From an uncultured delta proteobacterium (GTDB lineage Bacteria; Myxococcota_A; Polyangia; Polyangiales; Polyangiaceae): DNA of 64,000 nucleotides. Position 1 is the first letter of the stretch, and every line of letters begins with the position of its first letter. Where the stretch lies: the NCBI GenBank assembly GCA_963841435.1, contig CAWJCS010000002.1, forward strand, positions 576,001 through 640,000, in the 5' to 3' direction. The translations under genes and the position numbers were made by a program. The notes under the pieces are model-generated. The model was not told where the DNA came from, did no database searches, and saw only the letters and a program-made list of their open reading frames with translations. Shown here in pieces: positions 10,380-20,338 of the stretch.

Positions 10380-11273
10380 ATGCAACGTAAAACGGCGATG
10401 GTGGCGCTTTCACTCGGGTGGCTCGCGGGGTGCGGACCGCACAACGTCGATCTCGGCGGCGGTCAGCCGGGAACGGGGGGACGTGACGAGATGGGGATGG
10501 GCACGGGCGGCTCCGAAACGGCAGCGACGGGAGGAACTGGCGCCTACGCCACGACGGGCGGCACCGGAGGCGGCTATGCGACCGGCGGTACCGGAGCCCT
10601 GGGAGAGCCCGCAGGGATGGGCGCCGTGGGCGGCAGCGTCTCGACTGGCGGTGGCCCTGCGATGGGCGGGCAGGCCGGGAGCACGTACGAGCAGGTGTGT
10701 GGCGACGGCGTCGTCGAGCCGCCCGAGATCTGCGACGACGGCCTCGACACGAACGGCATGTGCCCGGCCGATTGCGGCGTCGGCGTCACGGGGACCGGCG
10801 GTGGTCCTGCGATGGGCGGCATGGGCGGCGTGGCCGGCACGACGGGCTCGCCGCTGTGCGGCGACGGCATCGTCGAAGAGCCCGAAATCTGCGACGACGG
10901 CAACACCGCCGACGGCGACTCCTGCGCCTCGGATTGTCTGAGCTACTGCCTGGATACCGCTTGCGTCGGAGGCACGGGCGGCAGTGGCGGTGGCCTGGGC
11001 GTCGGCGGTGGTCCGGCGATGGGCGGCATGGGTGGGAGCGGAGAGATCTGCATTGGCTCCGAGATTTCCCAGATCGGGGAGTGCCTGGAGTACGAGGTTC
11101 TCGTGCAGCGCTCCCTCGCCATCTGTGACATGCAGGGTGCGACGCTGAGGACGCTCTACTTCGCGTCGTGCCAAGAGAGCCCGTCGTACGCGTTCTGTTG
11201 CCGCGGTGACGGTGCCGGTACGGGTGGTGTTTCGGGCATGGGTGGCACCGGCACGGGCGGCACCGGCGGCTGA
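10380..11273 (+). CDS. Gly-rich lipoprotein with two Myxococcus Cys-rich repeats (DUF4215-like)
   Basis: Lipobox LAGC; CGDGVVEPPEICDDG and CGDGIVEEPEICDDGN; strong RBS. Confidence 0.85.
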   Translation: MQRKTAMVALSLGWLAGCGPHNVDLGGGQPGTGGRDEMGMGTGGSETAATGGTGAYATTGGTGGGYATGGTGALGEPAGMGAVGGSVSTGGGPAMGGQAGSTYEQVCGDGVVEPPEICDDGLDTNGMCPADCGVGVTGTGGGPAMGGMGGVAGTTGSPLCGDGIVEEPEICDDGNTADGDSCASDCLSYCLDTACVGGTGGSGGGLGVGGGPAMGGMGGSGEICIGSEISQIGECLEYEVLVQRSLAICDMQGATLRTLYFASCQESPSYAFCCRGDGAGTGGVSGMGGTGTGGTGG

Positions 11274-11296
11274 AGCCGGCGTCCCCGAGGCAAGCT

Positions 11297-12235
11297 TTAC
11301 GGCTCGGGTGTGTCGCGCTCGCGCTCGAAGCAAGCCTCGGGGACGCCGCGCCGTTTGCGGACGAGCGCGGTGCGCGCGACGAAGCCGGCCGTCACGGGGT
11401 CGTGGTAGCCGCTCGGGCGCGGGGCATCTTCTGGGGCCGGGTAGTGGCTCGCGATGCGCCGCATGAAGAGCTCGCGCACGTATTTACCCACGAGCGACGC
11501 GAGCATCACGAGCGCGTCGGTGCCGTCGGCGTCGCGTAGGAACACGAGCTCGCCGAGGCCCGGAAAGCGATAGGCGCTCCGCTTCCTGCCTTCGTCGACG
11601 ATCGCGTGCAGGTGGCCGCCGAGCGGTCCGAAGAAGCGCGAGTATTCGCCCATGCTCCCGACCTTGCCGCACACGGCGTGCACGTCGCAGCCGACCTCGC
11701 GCCGGAGGGCGATGACGAGCGACTCCATGGCGTGCAGATCCATCACGAAGCGGTTCTTGCCGGCGCGCCGCCCGACGTTGAGGCGCTCCGTGCACACGAC
11801 GCTCGTTCGCACGCCGACGAGCTCGATGCCGCGCTTGGCGAGGAGCGTGCGGTGTCGCGCCACGCGCCGCTGTTCGGCGGGCGTGGCCTCGAATGCTTCC
11901 TTGCTGCCGCTCCAGCATTGCGGCGCGGCGCTCTTCGGGCACGGCTCGCGAAGCTTCGCCGAGCCCTCGAGCGAAATCCGCTCGAAGAGCTGGGCCGGGC
12001 CGCCGGTGTCCGGCGCCGCGAGCTCACGGGCCCATGCCTCCCCGAGGCCTACGTCGGTGTGGCTCATGAGGCGCTTCGAATCGTCGACGGCCGAGCGCAG
12101 CCGTTTCGGCACGCGCCGCTCGAGGGCGCGCGCGCCTGCCGCGTCGACGCGAGCGAGCACTGCCGTCACGACCAGCGGGCCCAGGCGGGAGCCGAGCCCG
12201 TTTTCGTCAACTCCGATGCGGTAACGCGCGTCCAC
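11297..12235 (-). CDS. Ribonuclease HII-like protein (divergent)
   Basis: GVDENGLGSRLGPLVV, DDSK, DAD..V.LAS..GKYVRE and SGY motifs match the RNase HII pattern. Confidence 0.75.
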   Translation of the reverse strand: MDARYRIGVDENGLGSRLGPLVVTAVLARVDAAGARALERRVPKRLRSAVDDSKRLMSHTDVGLGEAWARELAAPDTGGPAQLFERISLEGSAKLREPCPKSAAPQCWSGSKEAFEATPAEQRRVARHRTLLAKRGIELVGVRTSVVCTERLNVGRRAGKNRFVMDLHAMESLVIALRREVGCDVHAVCGKVGSMGEYSRFFGPLGGHLHAIVDEGRKRSAYRFPGLGELVFLRDADGTDALVMLASLVGKYVRELFMRRIASHYPAPEDAPRPSGYHDPVTAGFVARTALVRKRRGVPEACFERERDTPEP

Positions 12236-12327
12236 GGCCCGGCGGCGATGCTACACCCGCCCGCCGCGCGAGGCCCGAGCGGGCCCGGCGATTTTCGCCA
12301 GGCCCGAGTTGGTGTAAAGGGCATCCC

Positions 12328-12819
12328 ATGACGGAGGAAAAGACTCGCCTGGGTCGCGACGTGTACCTCGCTCTCGCTGCCGTGGGGTGGGCCGACGGCA
12401 AGCTCGACCAGGACGAGGCGGACGCCATCGTGCGCACCGCGCTCGACGAAGGGCTCGAGCTCGAGGAGATCGCCGAGATCGAGGACGCCACGAAGACGCC
12501 CGTCGATCTCAGCTTGATCGAGAAGCGCAACCTCTCGAAAGAGGATCGCCTCTACGTCTACGGCGTCGCGCGCTGGATCACGCGCATCGACGGCACCGTC
12601 AGCGAGTCGGAAGAGGCGGCGCTGAAGAAGCTCGGCGACGCACTGAAGATCCCGGAGCGCCCGCGCGAGATCGTCGAGCGGATCGTCGAGGACGTCGCGG
12701 CGATGTCGGGTGACGACCGGCCCGCTCGCTACGATCTCACGGGGCTTCGTCGCATCGTCGGCGAGCGGCTCAAGGCCGCCCAGGCCAAGCGCGCTCAGAG
12801 CGAAGGCTCAGGCGAGTAG
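12328..12819 (+). CDS. TerB-like family protein
   Basis: AVGWADGKLDQDEA and IDGTVSESEEAAL repeats. Confidence 0.75.
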   Translation: MTEEKTRLGRDVYLALAAVGWADGKLDQDEADAIVRTALDEGLELEEIAEIEDATKTPVDLSLIEKRNLSKEDRLYVYGVARWITRIDGTVSESEEAALKKLGDALKIPERPREIVERIVEDVAAMSGDDRPARYDLTGLRRIVGERLKAAQAKRAQSEGSGE

Positions 12820-13389
12820 CTCGATCTTCGCGACGGGGAACCCGTCGGGCCGGCGCACGGCGTACGAAAGCGCGAGGATCTCCACGAGAACCACGCGATA
12901 AACGCTGTGCACGTCGTCAACGTCGATCTGCTCGGCGTGCGCGTCGAGCGTGGCGTCGATGTGCTCGTGGATGAAGCCGAGCACGTGCGGCTGCTCCATC
13001 GCGATGACGTCGTCGGTGTCGAGCGACTCGGCCGGATCGGAGCGCCTGAGCTCCTCGTCGAGGCTCACGAGCTCGCCGGTGGCACGAATTTGCTCGTCGG
13101 TGACGGCGTCGACGTGCTGGCCGTGCGCTCGCTCGAAAGCCAGCCAAACGGTGAGGGCGAGAAAGTAGCCGAGCGCGAGCGCCGTCTCGTCGAGCGGCTC
13201 ACCCAGCACCTCGGCGAGGTGCGCGGCGAGCGACGGCTGCGAGCGCTCGAAGCGCTCGAACGCCTCGTCGAGCTGGGCTCTTGCTTCCTCGTCGTCGTCG
13301 GCCAGACTTTCGCGCACGCTTTGAAGCGCGTGAGCAGGTACGGTGGCGTACGCTGGAACGGGACGAATGGCCGAGCGTCGGACCCACAC
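12808..13389 (-). CDS. Hypothetical acidic helical protein
   Basis: Protein-like composition (FERSQPSLA, MEQPHVLGF repeats); convergent 12-nt overlap with the TerB-like gene. Confidence 0.75.
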   Translation of the reverse strand: MWVRRSAIRPVPAYATVPAHALQSVRESLADDDEEARAQLDEAFERFERSQPSLAAHLAEVLGEPLDETALALGYFLALTVWLAFERAHGQHVDAVTDEQIRATGELVSLDEELRRSDPAESLDTDDVIAMEQPHVLGFIHEHIDATLDAHAEQIDVDDVHSVYRVVLVEILALSYAVRRPDGFPVAKIELLA

Positions 13390-13519
13390 GATGTTCTCAA
13401 GCTAGCACGCCCCCACCACCCCATCGTCAAGCGCAAGATGCACCCGAAAGCGCACGTCATCGCACCTCCTTTGCACTCTGCTCGCGTACGGCACGGACAA
13501 TCGAGCACAATGGCTGGAA

Positions 13520-15415
13520 ATGGCTCAGGAAACGGAAAGCGCCGACGAGCGCGTTGAGCTCGTCGAGAGCCCGCCCGTCGGCCGCTCCGTGTCGAGCGGG
13601 CGTCGACGCCGAGCGCTTGCGATTGCGCTGCCGGTGGTCGCCCTTTTCGCGCTCTTCCTTCCGGCCGTGCTCGACGCGCGGTTGACGGCGGCGGGCCGGA
13701 CCCGCGGGGGCGTGTTGCTCTTCGGCAAGAGCGCGCGTGGCATGACCAGGCCGGAGCTCGAGCGCCAGATCGGCGAGCGCGGCCACGAGCTCGAGCGCGA
13801 GCGTTTCGGCGTGACCGTCGCTCGCAAGCGCTTCGAGGTCGACCCCGGGGCGGTCGGCGTGCGCGTGGACGCAAAGGCGAGCGTCAGGCGCGTGCTCGAG
13901 ATCGGCCGCGCCGAGGGGTTCTTTGGATCGCTCGCGGGCTACTGGAAGCGGCGCTTTTCGCCCGTGAGCCCGGCGCTCGCCGTCTCGCTCGACCGCGAGA
14001 AGGTCGAGCGGGCCCTCGCGGGCTTCGAAGCGGCGGCGCTCACGGATCGGCCGTTTTCGGGCGGTATCGCGCTCAGCGGCGGCGCCGTGCGTGCGCTTTC
14101 GCCGCACGGCGGTCGCATGCTCGATCGCAAAGGCTCGGAGGCCGCGATCGCGGCAGCGCTCGCGAGCGGAGCGCCACGCGACGTGGTCCTTCCCGTCGTG
14201 AGCGTCGGTCCGCCGCTACCCGTCGCAGCGGCCGAGGAGCCGGCGCGCCTCGCCCGGGCGCTCCTCGCGGGGCCCATCACGCTTCGCGCCGTCGATCCCC
14301 CCGCCACCGTGACGCTCGCGAGCGGCGAGCTCGGCCCGCTGCTTGCTGCGGAACCACGCGACGCGGGGCTCCGCCTCGTGATCGACCCGGCCGGCCTCGC
14401 GCGTGCCCTCGAGCGCTACAAGGGTAACATCGAGCGCGACGCGACGAACGCGAAGTTCGTGATCGATGCCAAGGGTGTGATTGGCATCGAGCCCAGTCAA
14501 AACGGCATACGCTTCGATCTCGCGCGCCTTCCCGCCGCGCTCGAGGCCGCCGCGGCGCGACCCGATCGGTCGTCGGAGCTGCCGCTGCTCGCCGAGCCGA
14601 CGCCCAAGCTCACCACGCAAGCCGCGCAGGGCCTCGGCATTCGCGGGCTCGTGAGCTCCTTCACGACACGTCACCCCTGCTGCGAGCGGCGCGTCGAGAA
14701 CATTCACCGCATCGCCGACCTGCTCGACGGCACCGTCGTCCTGCCGGGTCAGACGGTCTCCGTCAACGAGCTCGTCGGCCCGCGGACGGAGAAAAACGGC
14801 TTCGTCCCGGCGCCGACCATCGAGGAGGGCGAGATGGTCGACAGCGTGGGCGGTGGCATCAGCCAGTTTGCCACCACGTTCTTCAACGCCCTTTTTCACG
14901 GCGGCTACGACATCGTCGAGCGCCAGCCGCACAGCTACTGGTTTCCCCGCTACCCGATGGGGCACGAAGCGACCTTGTCGTGGCCCAAGCCCGACATCAT
15001 CTTCAAGAACGACACCGAGGCCGGGATGCTCATCAAGACGGCCTACACGCAAAAGAGCATCACCGTTACGATCTACGGGGACAACGGCGGCCGGAAGGTC
15101 ACCTCCTCGGTGTCCGGACGAAAGGAGGTCGTGCCGGCGCCGCTCGAGATCCTGCCGAACCCCAAGGTTTCGCCCGACAAGGAGCGCGTCAAAGAGCCGG
15201 GCAGCGTGGGCTGGTCGGTGATTGCCTCGCGCCTCGTGACGTTCTCCGATGGCACCACCAAGGAGGAGCGCCGCAAGGTCACTTACAAGGCGCGCCCGCG
15301 GCGCATCGAGGTGCACCCTTGCCGCATTCCGGAGGGCGAGAAGGGCTACACCGGCGAGATCTGCCCGGAGCCGGAGGGCGTGACGGAGCTGCCCGACGCG
15401 GGCTCGCCTGGGTAG
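13520..15415 (+). CDS. VanW family protein with peptidoglycan-binding and G5-like domains
   Basis: N-terminal TM; VGGGISQFATTFFNA, ERQPHSYWFPRYPMGHEATL and FKNDT motifs. Confidence 0.9.
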   Translation: MAQETESADERVELVESPPVGRSVSSGRRRRALAIALPVVALFALFLPAVLDARLTAAGRTRGGVLLFGKSARGMTRPELERQIGERGHELERERFGVTVARKRFEVDPGAVGVRVDAKASVRRVLEIGRAEGFFGSLAGYWKRRFSPVSPALAVSLDREKVERALAGFEAAALTDRPFSGGIALSGGAVRALSPHGGRMLDRKGSEAAIAAALASGAPRDVVLPVVSVGPPLPVAAAEEPARLARALLAGPITLRAVDPPATVTLASGELGPLLAAEPRDAGLRLVIDPAGLARALERYKGNIERDATNAKFVIDAKGVIGIEPSQNGIRFDLARLPAALEAAAARPDRSSELPLLAEPTPKLTTQAAQGLGIRGLVSSFTTRHPCCERRVENIHRIADLLDGTVVLPGQTVSVNELVGPRTEKNGFVPAPTIEEGEMVDSVGGGISQFATTFFNALFHGGYDIVERQPHSYWFPRYPMGHEATLSWPKPDIIFKNDTEAGMLIKTAYTQKSITVTIYGDNGGRKVTSSVSGRKEVVPAPLEILPNPKVSPDKERVKEPGSVGWSVIASRLVTFSDGTTKEERRKVTYKARPRRIEVHPCRIPEGEKGYTGEICPEPEGVTELPDAGSPG

Positions 15416-15433
15416 CCGAGCGAAGCCGCCGTT

Positions 15434-16651
15434 TCAGCCGGGCGGCGTGTCGTTCACGCGTGCGCGGAACGCGGTGCCGTGACCCGTGAGCACGAGCGGT
15501 CCGCCCTCGGCCGCGACGAAGACCGCGCTGCCCGCTGCGAGCGCCGCGCGTTCGCCGCCGCGCTGGGCCTCGGCCGTTCCTTGCGTGACCAGGAGGATCT
15601 CGGGTCCCAGGATGGGGCCCACGGTGACGCTGCTTCCGTCGAGGTCGATGCGCGATAGCGCGAACTCGCGCGCGGGTGTGATGTAACGGAGCTCGCCATC
15701 GTGGTGCGTGCTCGGGACGAGCGTCGCCGGCGCCGCCTGGAAATCCAGCACCTCGAGCAGCTCGGGGACGTCAACGTGCTTCTTCGTGAGGCCACCGCGG
15801 AGCACGTTGTCCGAGCTTGCCATGATCTCGACGCCGGTCCCTTCCAGATACGCGTGGAGGTTGCCCGCGGGGAGGTAGAGCGCCTGGCCCGGCTCGAGCG
15901 CCACGAGGTTCAGCGCGAGCGCGACGACGATGCCGGGGTCACCCGGGTAGAGCGCACCGATGCGCGCGCCCCACGCGAGCTCGCGCGAAAACTCCGAGAC
16001 CGAGGACTGCCGTTCGTTGCAGGCGAACCGGGTGGCCTCGGCGAGCTCGCGGCGGTACGCGGGCGATGCCGTGACGGCGAGCGCGAAGAAGGTGTAAAGA
16101 GCGCGTTTCGGCGGCGAGAGGGCGAGAGCCTCGAGCAGCGGCGCAAGGGCCCGGACTTCGAGCGCTTCGAGCAACCGGCGCGTGTCGTCGATGGGTCGGA
16201 ATCCCACCAGCGCGTGGAAGGGTGTGAGCGCGCAGATGAGCTCGGGCTTGTGGCTGTCGTCTTTGTAGCTCCGCTCCGGCGCGTCCATGGGGGTGCCGCG
16301 GGCCTTTTCGCGCGCGAAGCCGAGCCGAGCCCGCTCGAGGCTCGGGTGCGCTTGCAGCGACAGCGGCTCGGCCGCCGCGAGGATCTTGAGCAAGAACGGC
16401 AGTCGCGGACCGAACGTGTTCGTCACGTCCTTGCCGAGCATCGCGAGCGGCGCTTCGGCGATCAGTTCGCCGAGCGGGCGTGGGCCGCTCGGCGTGTCAG
16501 CGAGTGAGGGCCCGCCCGGGTGCGTGCCCATCCAGAGCTCGGCTTCGGGGCCGCCGGGTGGCGCGACGCCGCGGATTAGGGCAAGCGAGGTGTGCGAGCC
16601 CCACGCATAGGGCTTGATGGGGCTGTGGAGCGGGAAGAGCGACGCCGTCAC
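15434..16651 (-). CDS. manA: Mannose-6-phosphate isomerase, class I
   Basis: YAWGS, AELWMGTHP, LSLQAHP, HKPE, HAYLEG and EIMASSDNVLRGGLT motifs; GTGA overlap with the upstream gene. Confidence 0.95.
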   Translation of the reverse strand: MTASLFPLHSPIKPYAWGSHTSLALIRGVAPPGGPEAELWMGTHPGGPSLADTPSGPRPLGELIAEAPLAMLGKDVTNTFGPRLPFLLKILAAAEPLSLQAHPSLERARLGFAREKARGTPMDAPERSYKDDSHKPELICALTPFHALVGFRPIDDTRRLLEALEVRALAPLLEALALSPPKRALYTFFALAVTASPAYRRELAEATRFACNERQSSVSEFSRELAWGARIGALYPGDPGIVVALALNLVALEPGQALYLPAGNLHAYLEGTGVEIMASSDNVLRGGLTKKHVDVPELLEVLDFQAAPATLVPSTHHDGELRYITPAREFALSRIDLDGSSVTVGPILGPEILLVTQGTAEAQRGGERAALAAGSAVFVAAEGGPLVLTGHGTAFRARVNDTPPG

Positions 16652-17607
16652 CCGGCTGCTCCTGGCTCGTGAGGGGCGTCTTTGGTGCGCGGGAAGACGA
16701 GCACGTAGGACGCCGCGCCGGTGCAATAGAGCATGGCGGCGTCTCCGTCCCGAGTGGCGTCGTAGCTCGAAAACCAGGGCAGGCTGAGCCAAGGCTCGGC
16801 GGGCTCGATGAACTCCGGCACGATGAGATCGACCTCCACGTAGCGCCCGCCCACGAGAGCCTGCAAGCGCGGCCCGAAGCTCCACGTCTCCCGCCCGGGT
16901 CGAGGGCTCAAATCGTTGTGCAGAAGGCCGCCGTAGGTCGCCACGCCGAGCGCGGGGTCGCCGTGCGCGAGGAACGCCTCGGTCTCGCGCGCCGTGAGAT
17001 CGGCGATGAGCGACAGCATGGCCGCGATGTCACCCTCGCCGGCTCGCACGACCTGACCGAGCTCGTCGCAGGTCGGCACGAGCGCTTCGGGGCGAATGCC
17101 GAGTTTTTTTGCAGCGAAGCCGAGCGTCACGAACTCGTTCTGGTTCGTCGCCGCCTGCGGCGCGGTCGCCTCCTCGGTGTGCTCGCGTGCGGCGCGATCT
17201 TCGCCCTTTTTGCAGGCCTTGTCGGGCACGACGAGCTCGAGCACGAGGTCTTTCACTTTCCCGCGCAAGCTCGGCAAAAGCTCCTCCCCGAAGCGCCGCG
17301 TTGCCGACGGGACGTTCGCTTTCGCCTTCTGCGCGTGGGCCTCGCCGACCGCGATGACGCGCGGATTGTCACGCAGGGTCGCCTCGAACGCATCGCGCAA
17401 CGTCGTGAAGCGACGCGCACCGGACGCGCCGCACGGCGTCGGCACCGCGTTCGACGCTGCCGGCGCCATGGCCGGTGCGTTCGGCGCGAAAGGGGCCGCT
17501 TCGTTCGCCGGCGGGGGTGCGCTCGGGGTCGTCGGGGGCGACACGGGTGCGCGGCCGCCGCAGGCCGTGGTGAGCGCCAGGATGCCGAGGGCTGCGCGCG
17601 GACGCAC
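16648..17607 (-). CDS. Lipoprotein, possibly ChaN/TraB/Tiki-like fold
   Basis: Lipobox TTAC; Pro/Ala linker; VIAVGEAH, LVLE and YGGLLHN motifs. Confidence 0.7.
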   Translation of the reverse strand: MRPRAALGILALTTACGGRAPVSPPTTPSAPPPANEAAPFAPNAPAMAPAASNAVPTPCGASGARRFTTLRDAFEATLRDNPRVIAVGEAHAQKAKANVPSATRRFGEELLPSLRGKVKDLVLELVVPDKACKKGEDRAAREHTEEATAPQAATNQNEFVTLGFAAKKLGIRPEALVPTCDELGQVVRAGEGDIAAMLSLIADLTARETEAFLAHGDPALGVATYGGLLHNDLSPRPGRETWSFGPRLQALVGGRYVEVDLIVPEFIEPAEPWLSLPWFSSYDATRDGDAAMLYCTGAASYVLVFPRTKDAPHEPGAAG

Positions 17608-17618
17608 GGCTCAGCGTA

Positions 17619-18437
17619 TCACGGAGTCGCGAGCTCGCGTACCTGTCCTTGGACGACCCAGGCGTCCAAGCTTCCCCATTCGACGCGCGCGAGGCCGCCC
17701 CGGTGCTCGATCACGTAAACCTCGGCGCCCTCGGGAGCAGCGTTGCCGTCACCGTCCTTGCTGGTGGGCAAGGGGCGCCCGGTTTCGTCGAGCAGCCGAG
17801 CCTCCGATGCCACGACGACGGCGGCCTTGGACGTGCGCCTGAAATCGCGCGCACCGGCAGTGAGCGCTCCCCCCGAGAACAGCAAAAGCGAGCCCACGCC
17901 GAGCGCGAGCGAGCCGGGCACGACGGTCGTGGGCCGGCGCACGATGAGACGCAGGGCGATGCCGATGGAGGCGACCAGCGAGCCGAGCAGCGCGATGCTC
18001 GCCCAGACGCGCTCGGGAGCGAGCCCGACGAGCGCGCGCGCGAGCCGCGGCCTTGCGAAAAGTGGCGCGCCGCCCACGCGTGCCTGCCGCCGACCGAGCT
18101 CGGAGCGTACGGCTTCGAGAGTGCTCGCTGCCTCGCGGTCGCCCGGGCGAAGCTTCAGCGTTTCCGCCAGGGCGGCCGCGGCACGACCGAGGTCGCCCGG
18201 CTGCTTCTGACTCGAGCGAGCGCGACCGAGGTACGCGACGGCGCGATCGAAGCTCGCGTCGGGGTGCACGAACCCTCGATCGGCGAGCAGCTCGAATCGA
18301 TCGACGGCGTTCGAGTACGCGCCTCGTTCCAACGCCTGCACGGCTTCCCCGAAGTCGGCTTCGTTGCCGTTCGCGAAGGCAAGGCCTGCGGCGCCCAGCA
18401 CCACCACGGCCGAAAGGACGGCCCGCAAAAAGCTCAT
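17619..18437 (-). CDS. batE: BatE-like TPR + TM + SH3-like protein
   Basis: Signal peptide, TPR, two TMs and C-terminal PEGAEVYV...AWV; position in the operon. Confidence 0.75.
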   Translation of the reverse strand: MSFLRAVLSAVVVLGAAGLAFANGNEADFGEAVQALERGAYSNAVDRFELLADRGFVHPDASFDRAVAYLGRARSSQKQPGDLGRAAAALAETLKLRPGDREAASTLEAVRSELGRRQARVGGAPLFARPRLARALVGLAPERVWASIALLGSLVASIGIALRLIVRRPTTVVPGSLALGVGSLLLFSGGALTAGARDFRRTSKAAVVVASEARLLDETGRPLPTSKDGDGNAAPEGAEVYVIEHRGGLARVEWGSLDAWVVQGQVRELATP

Positions 18438-20338
18438 GCCGCGCGGCTCCGTCGCGGTCGGCGCTGGCGAAGGATCTCGGCCACCAAGGCGCGACCCTCG
18501 CGGGCGAGCTCCCGGGGCGGCTTCTTGGGCGATTTGCCGGTGAAGCGCGCCGCCTCACACGCATCGAGCAGCGACAGGAGGCGCGTCGAAGTGGCTTCGG
18601 AAAAGCCTGCCTCCGCGAGCGCCGCTCTGAGCTCTTGTCTGAGGAGCGCCCTGGCGCGAAGGTCCGCCGCTGCTTCGAGCGCGGAGAACAGCGCGCGCTC
18701 GACGGCTGCGGCCGTCGTCGCGACCGCTTCGCGGCGTGCGGCGTCGTCGGCGGCCCGCAACGCGTCGTGTGCGAGCCGCTCGGGTCCGCCACGCTGGGCC
18801 GCGAGCCGCCGGCGCAGGCGGCCCCCGAGATCGAGGCCGAGACCGGCGAGCGCCACGAGCGCGGGCGCGCCGAACAAGAGCACGAAGAAGCGGGGATCGT
18901 CCGTGAAAGTCGCCCTTGCCGGCGTGTACGCTCCCAGCTTCGTGCGCGGGGCGAGCGCGAGCGCCTTGTCGCGCGCATCGTCGCGCGTGCGCTTTGGCTC
19001 GAGCTTGCCGGCGTTGGGGTTCTCGGCAACGTCCACGTTGCCGAGCGCGGCGCTCAGCGTCACGTAGGCACGCTTTCTCGTGTTGAAGTAGGGCAGCGTG
19101 AGCTCGCCGAGGTCGATCTTACCCGGCTCGTGCAGCTTCACGACGTACGAGAACGTCCGGTAGCCTTTGACGACGCTGCCCTCGGGCTCGACCTTGTCGG
19201 TGAGCGTCGGATCGAGCCACTCGACGCCTCGCCGCTCCGGCGTGACGAGCGAGAGCGGGATGTTCCCCGTGCCTTGGAGCTTCGCGATCACGGAGACGGC
19301 GTCGCCCGCGGTCACGCGCCGCGGGTCCACCGTCGCCTCGAGTGACAGCTCTCCGGCGTCGCCGAGCTTGTAGCCGGGCGGGCGACCTGCGAGGGGGGGC
19401 TCGCTCACGTCGAGGTCGATGGGGACGCTCGAGCGGACGATCGGCGCGCGCCCTCGGTAGTGGGGCCCGTCGAACGTCATCGTGAGCGCCCCGATCGTGA
19501 GCTTGCCCGCGTGTAGTGGAAACAGCGCGAGCTCGCGCAGCTTGACGGCGAAGTAGGTGGTGTCGCCGATGGGAACGCGCACGAAATCCTCGCCGTACGA
19601 CGACTCGACGACGCTGTAGCCGAGAAAATCCGCGCGGCTCGGCTCGGTGGGGTTCGCTTCCCGGAACGGTCCGCGGCTCCCGTACGCGTAGATGCGCAGC
19701 GTGACCTGCTCGCCGACCACGGGTCGTTTCGGCGTGACCACCGCACGCACGAACGCGATCGGATCGGGTGCGCGCTCCACGCGTAGCTCCTCGGGCACGG
19801 GCGGCGGCTCCTCGGGCTCGAGGCTCCGATCGTCGGGGCCGAGCAGGCCGGGCGGGAAGGGCGAGCCGCCGCCGAACGGATCGAGCCACCCGAACGGATC
19901 CAGGCCGGGGCGTCCGCCCGGGCGGCGCGGCAGCGTGCCCGGCGGGACGATTTCCACGGTGACGGGGTCACCGACGACGCGCGAGCCACCGAGGCGGACG
20001 CTCGGCGGTCCGAGCCGGAACGTGCCGGCGCGCGTCGGGGTGATGATCCAGGTGGCGGAGATGCCCGTGCGTTGCATGACCACCCCGCCGTTCATGCTCA
20101 CCTCGGTGCGCGATCCGATGCTCGGCCCTTGCACCTCGAAGCCCGGTGGCACGGGCAGCCTGGGATCGTCGGGGTTCACCTGACCCGAGCCGAGCGCGTT
20201 CACCTCGAGCTGGAAGCTCTGTCCGACCTCGAAGCGCCGCCCGCTCGCCTGCGTCTGCAGGCGCACCTGGCTGAATGCCGTGGACGGCAGGAAGCAGAAG
20301 AGCGCGACGAGGAGGCCGCAGAGGGCGCGCGCGCTCAC
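18434..20338 (-). CDS. batD: BatD family protein
   Basis: Signal peptide, repeated Ig-like modules (VGEQVTL, G.GNI, LPYFN) and a C-terminal TM. Confidence 0.88.
   Translation of the reverse strand: MSARALCGLLVALFCFLPSTAFSQVRLQTQASGRRFEVGQSFQLEVNALGSGQVNPDDPRLPVPPGFEVQGPSIGSRTEVSMNGGVVMQRTGISATWIITPTRAGTFRLGPPSVRLGGSRVVGDPVTVEIVPPGTLPRRPGGRPGLDPFGWLDPFGGGSPFPPGLLGPDDRSLEPEEPPPVPEELRVERAPDPIAFVRAVVTPKRPVVGEQVTLRIYAYGSRGPFREANPTEPSRADFLGYSVVESSYGEDFVRVPIGDTTYFAVKLRELALFPLHAGKLTIGALTMTFDGPHYRGRAPIVRSSVPIDLDVSEPPLAGRPPGYKLGDAGELSLEATVDPRRVTAGDAVSVIAKLQGTGNIPLSLVTPERRGVEWLDPTLTDKVEPEGSVVKGYRTFSYVVKLHEPGKIDLGELTLPYFNTRKRAYVTLSAALGNVDVAENPNAGKLEPKRTRDDARDKALALAPRTKLGAYTPARATFTDDPRFFVLLFGAPALVALAGLGLDLGGRLRRRLAAQRGGPERLAHDALRAADDAARREAVATTAAAVERALFSALEAAADLRARALLRQELRAALAEAGFSEATSTRLLSLLDACEAARFTGKSPKKPPRELAREGRALVAEILRQRRPRRSRAA

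Noticed and set aside
13520-15415. VanW as evidence of vancomycin resistance
   Set aside because: VanW-domain proteins are widespread, and no vanHAX or vanRS genes are present.
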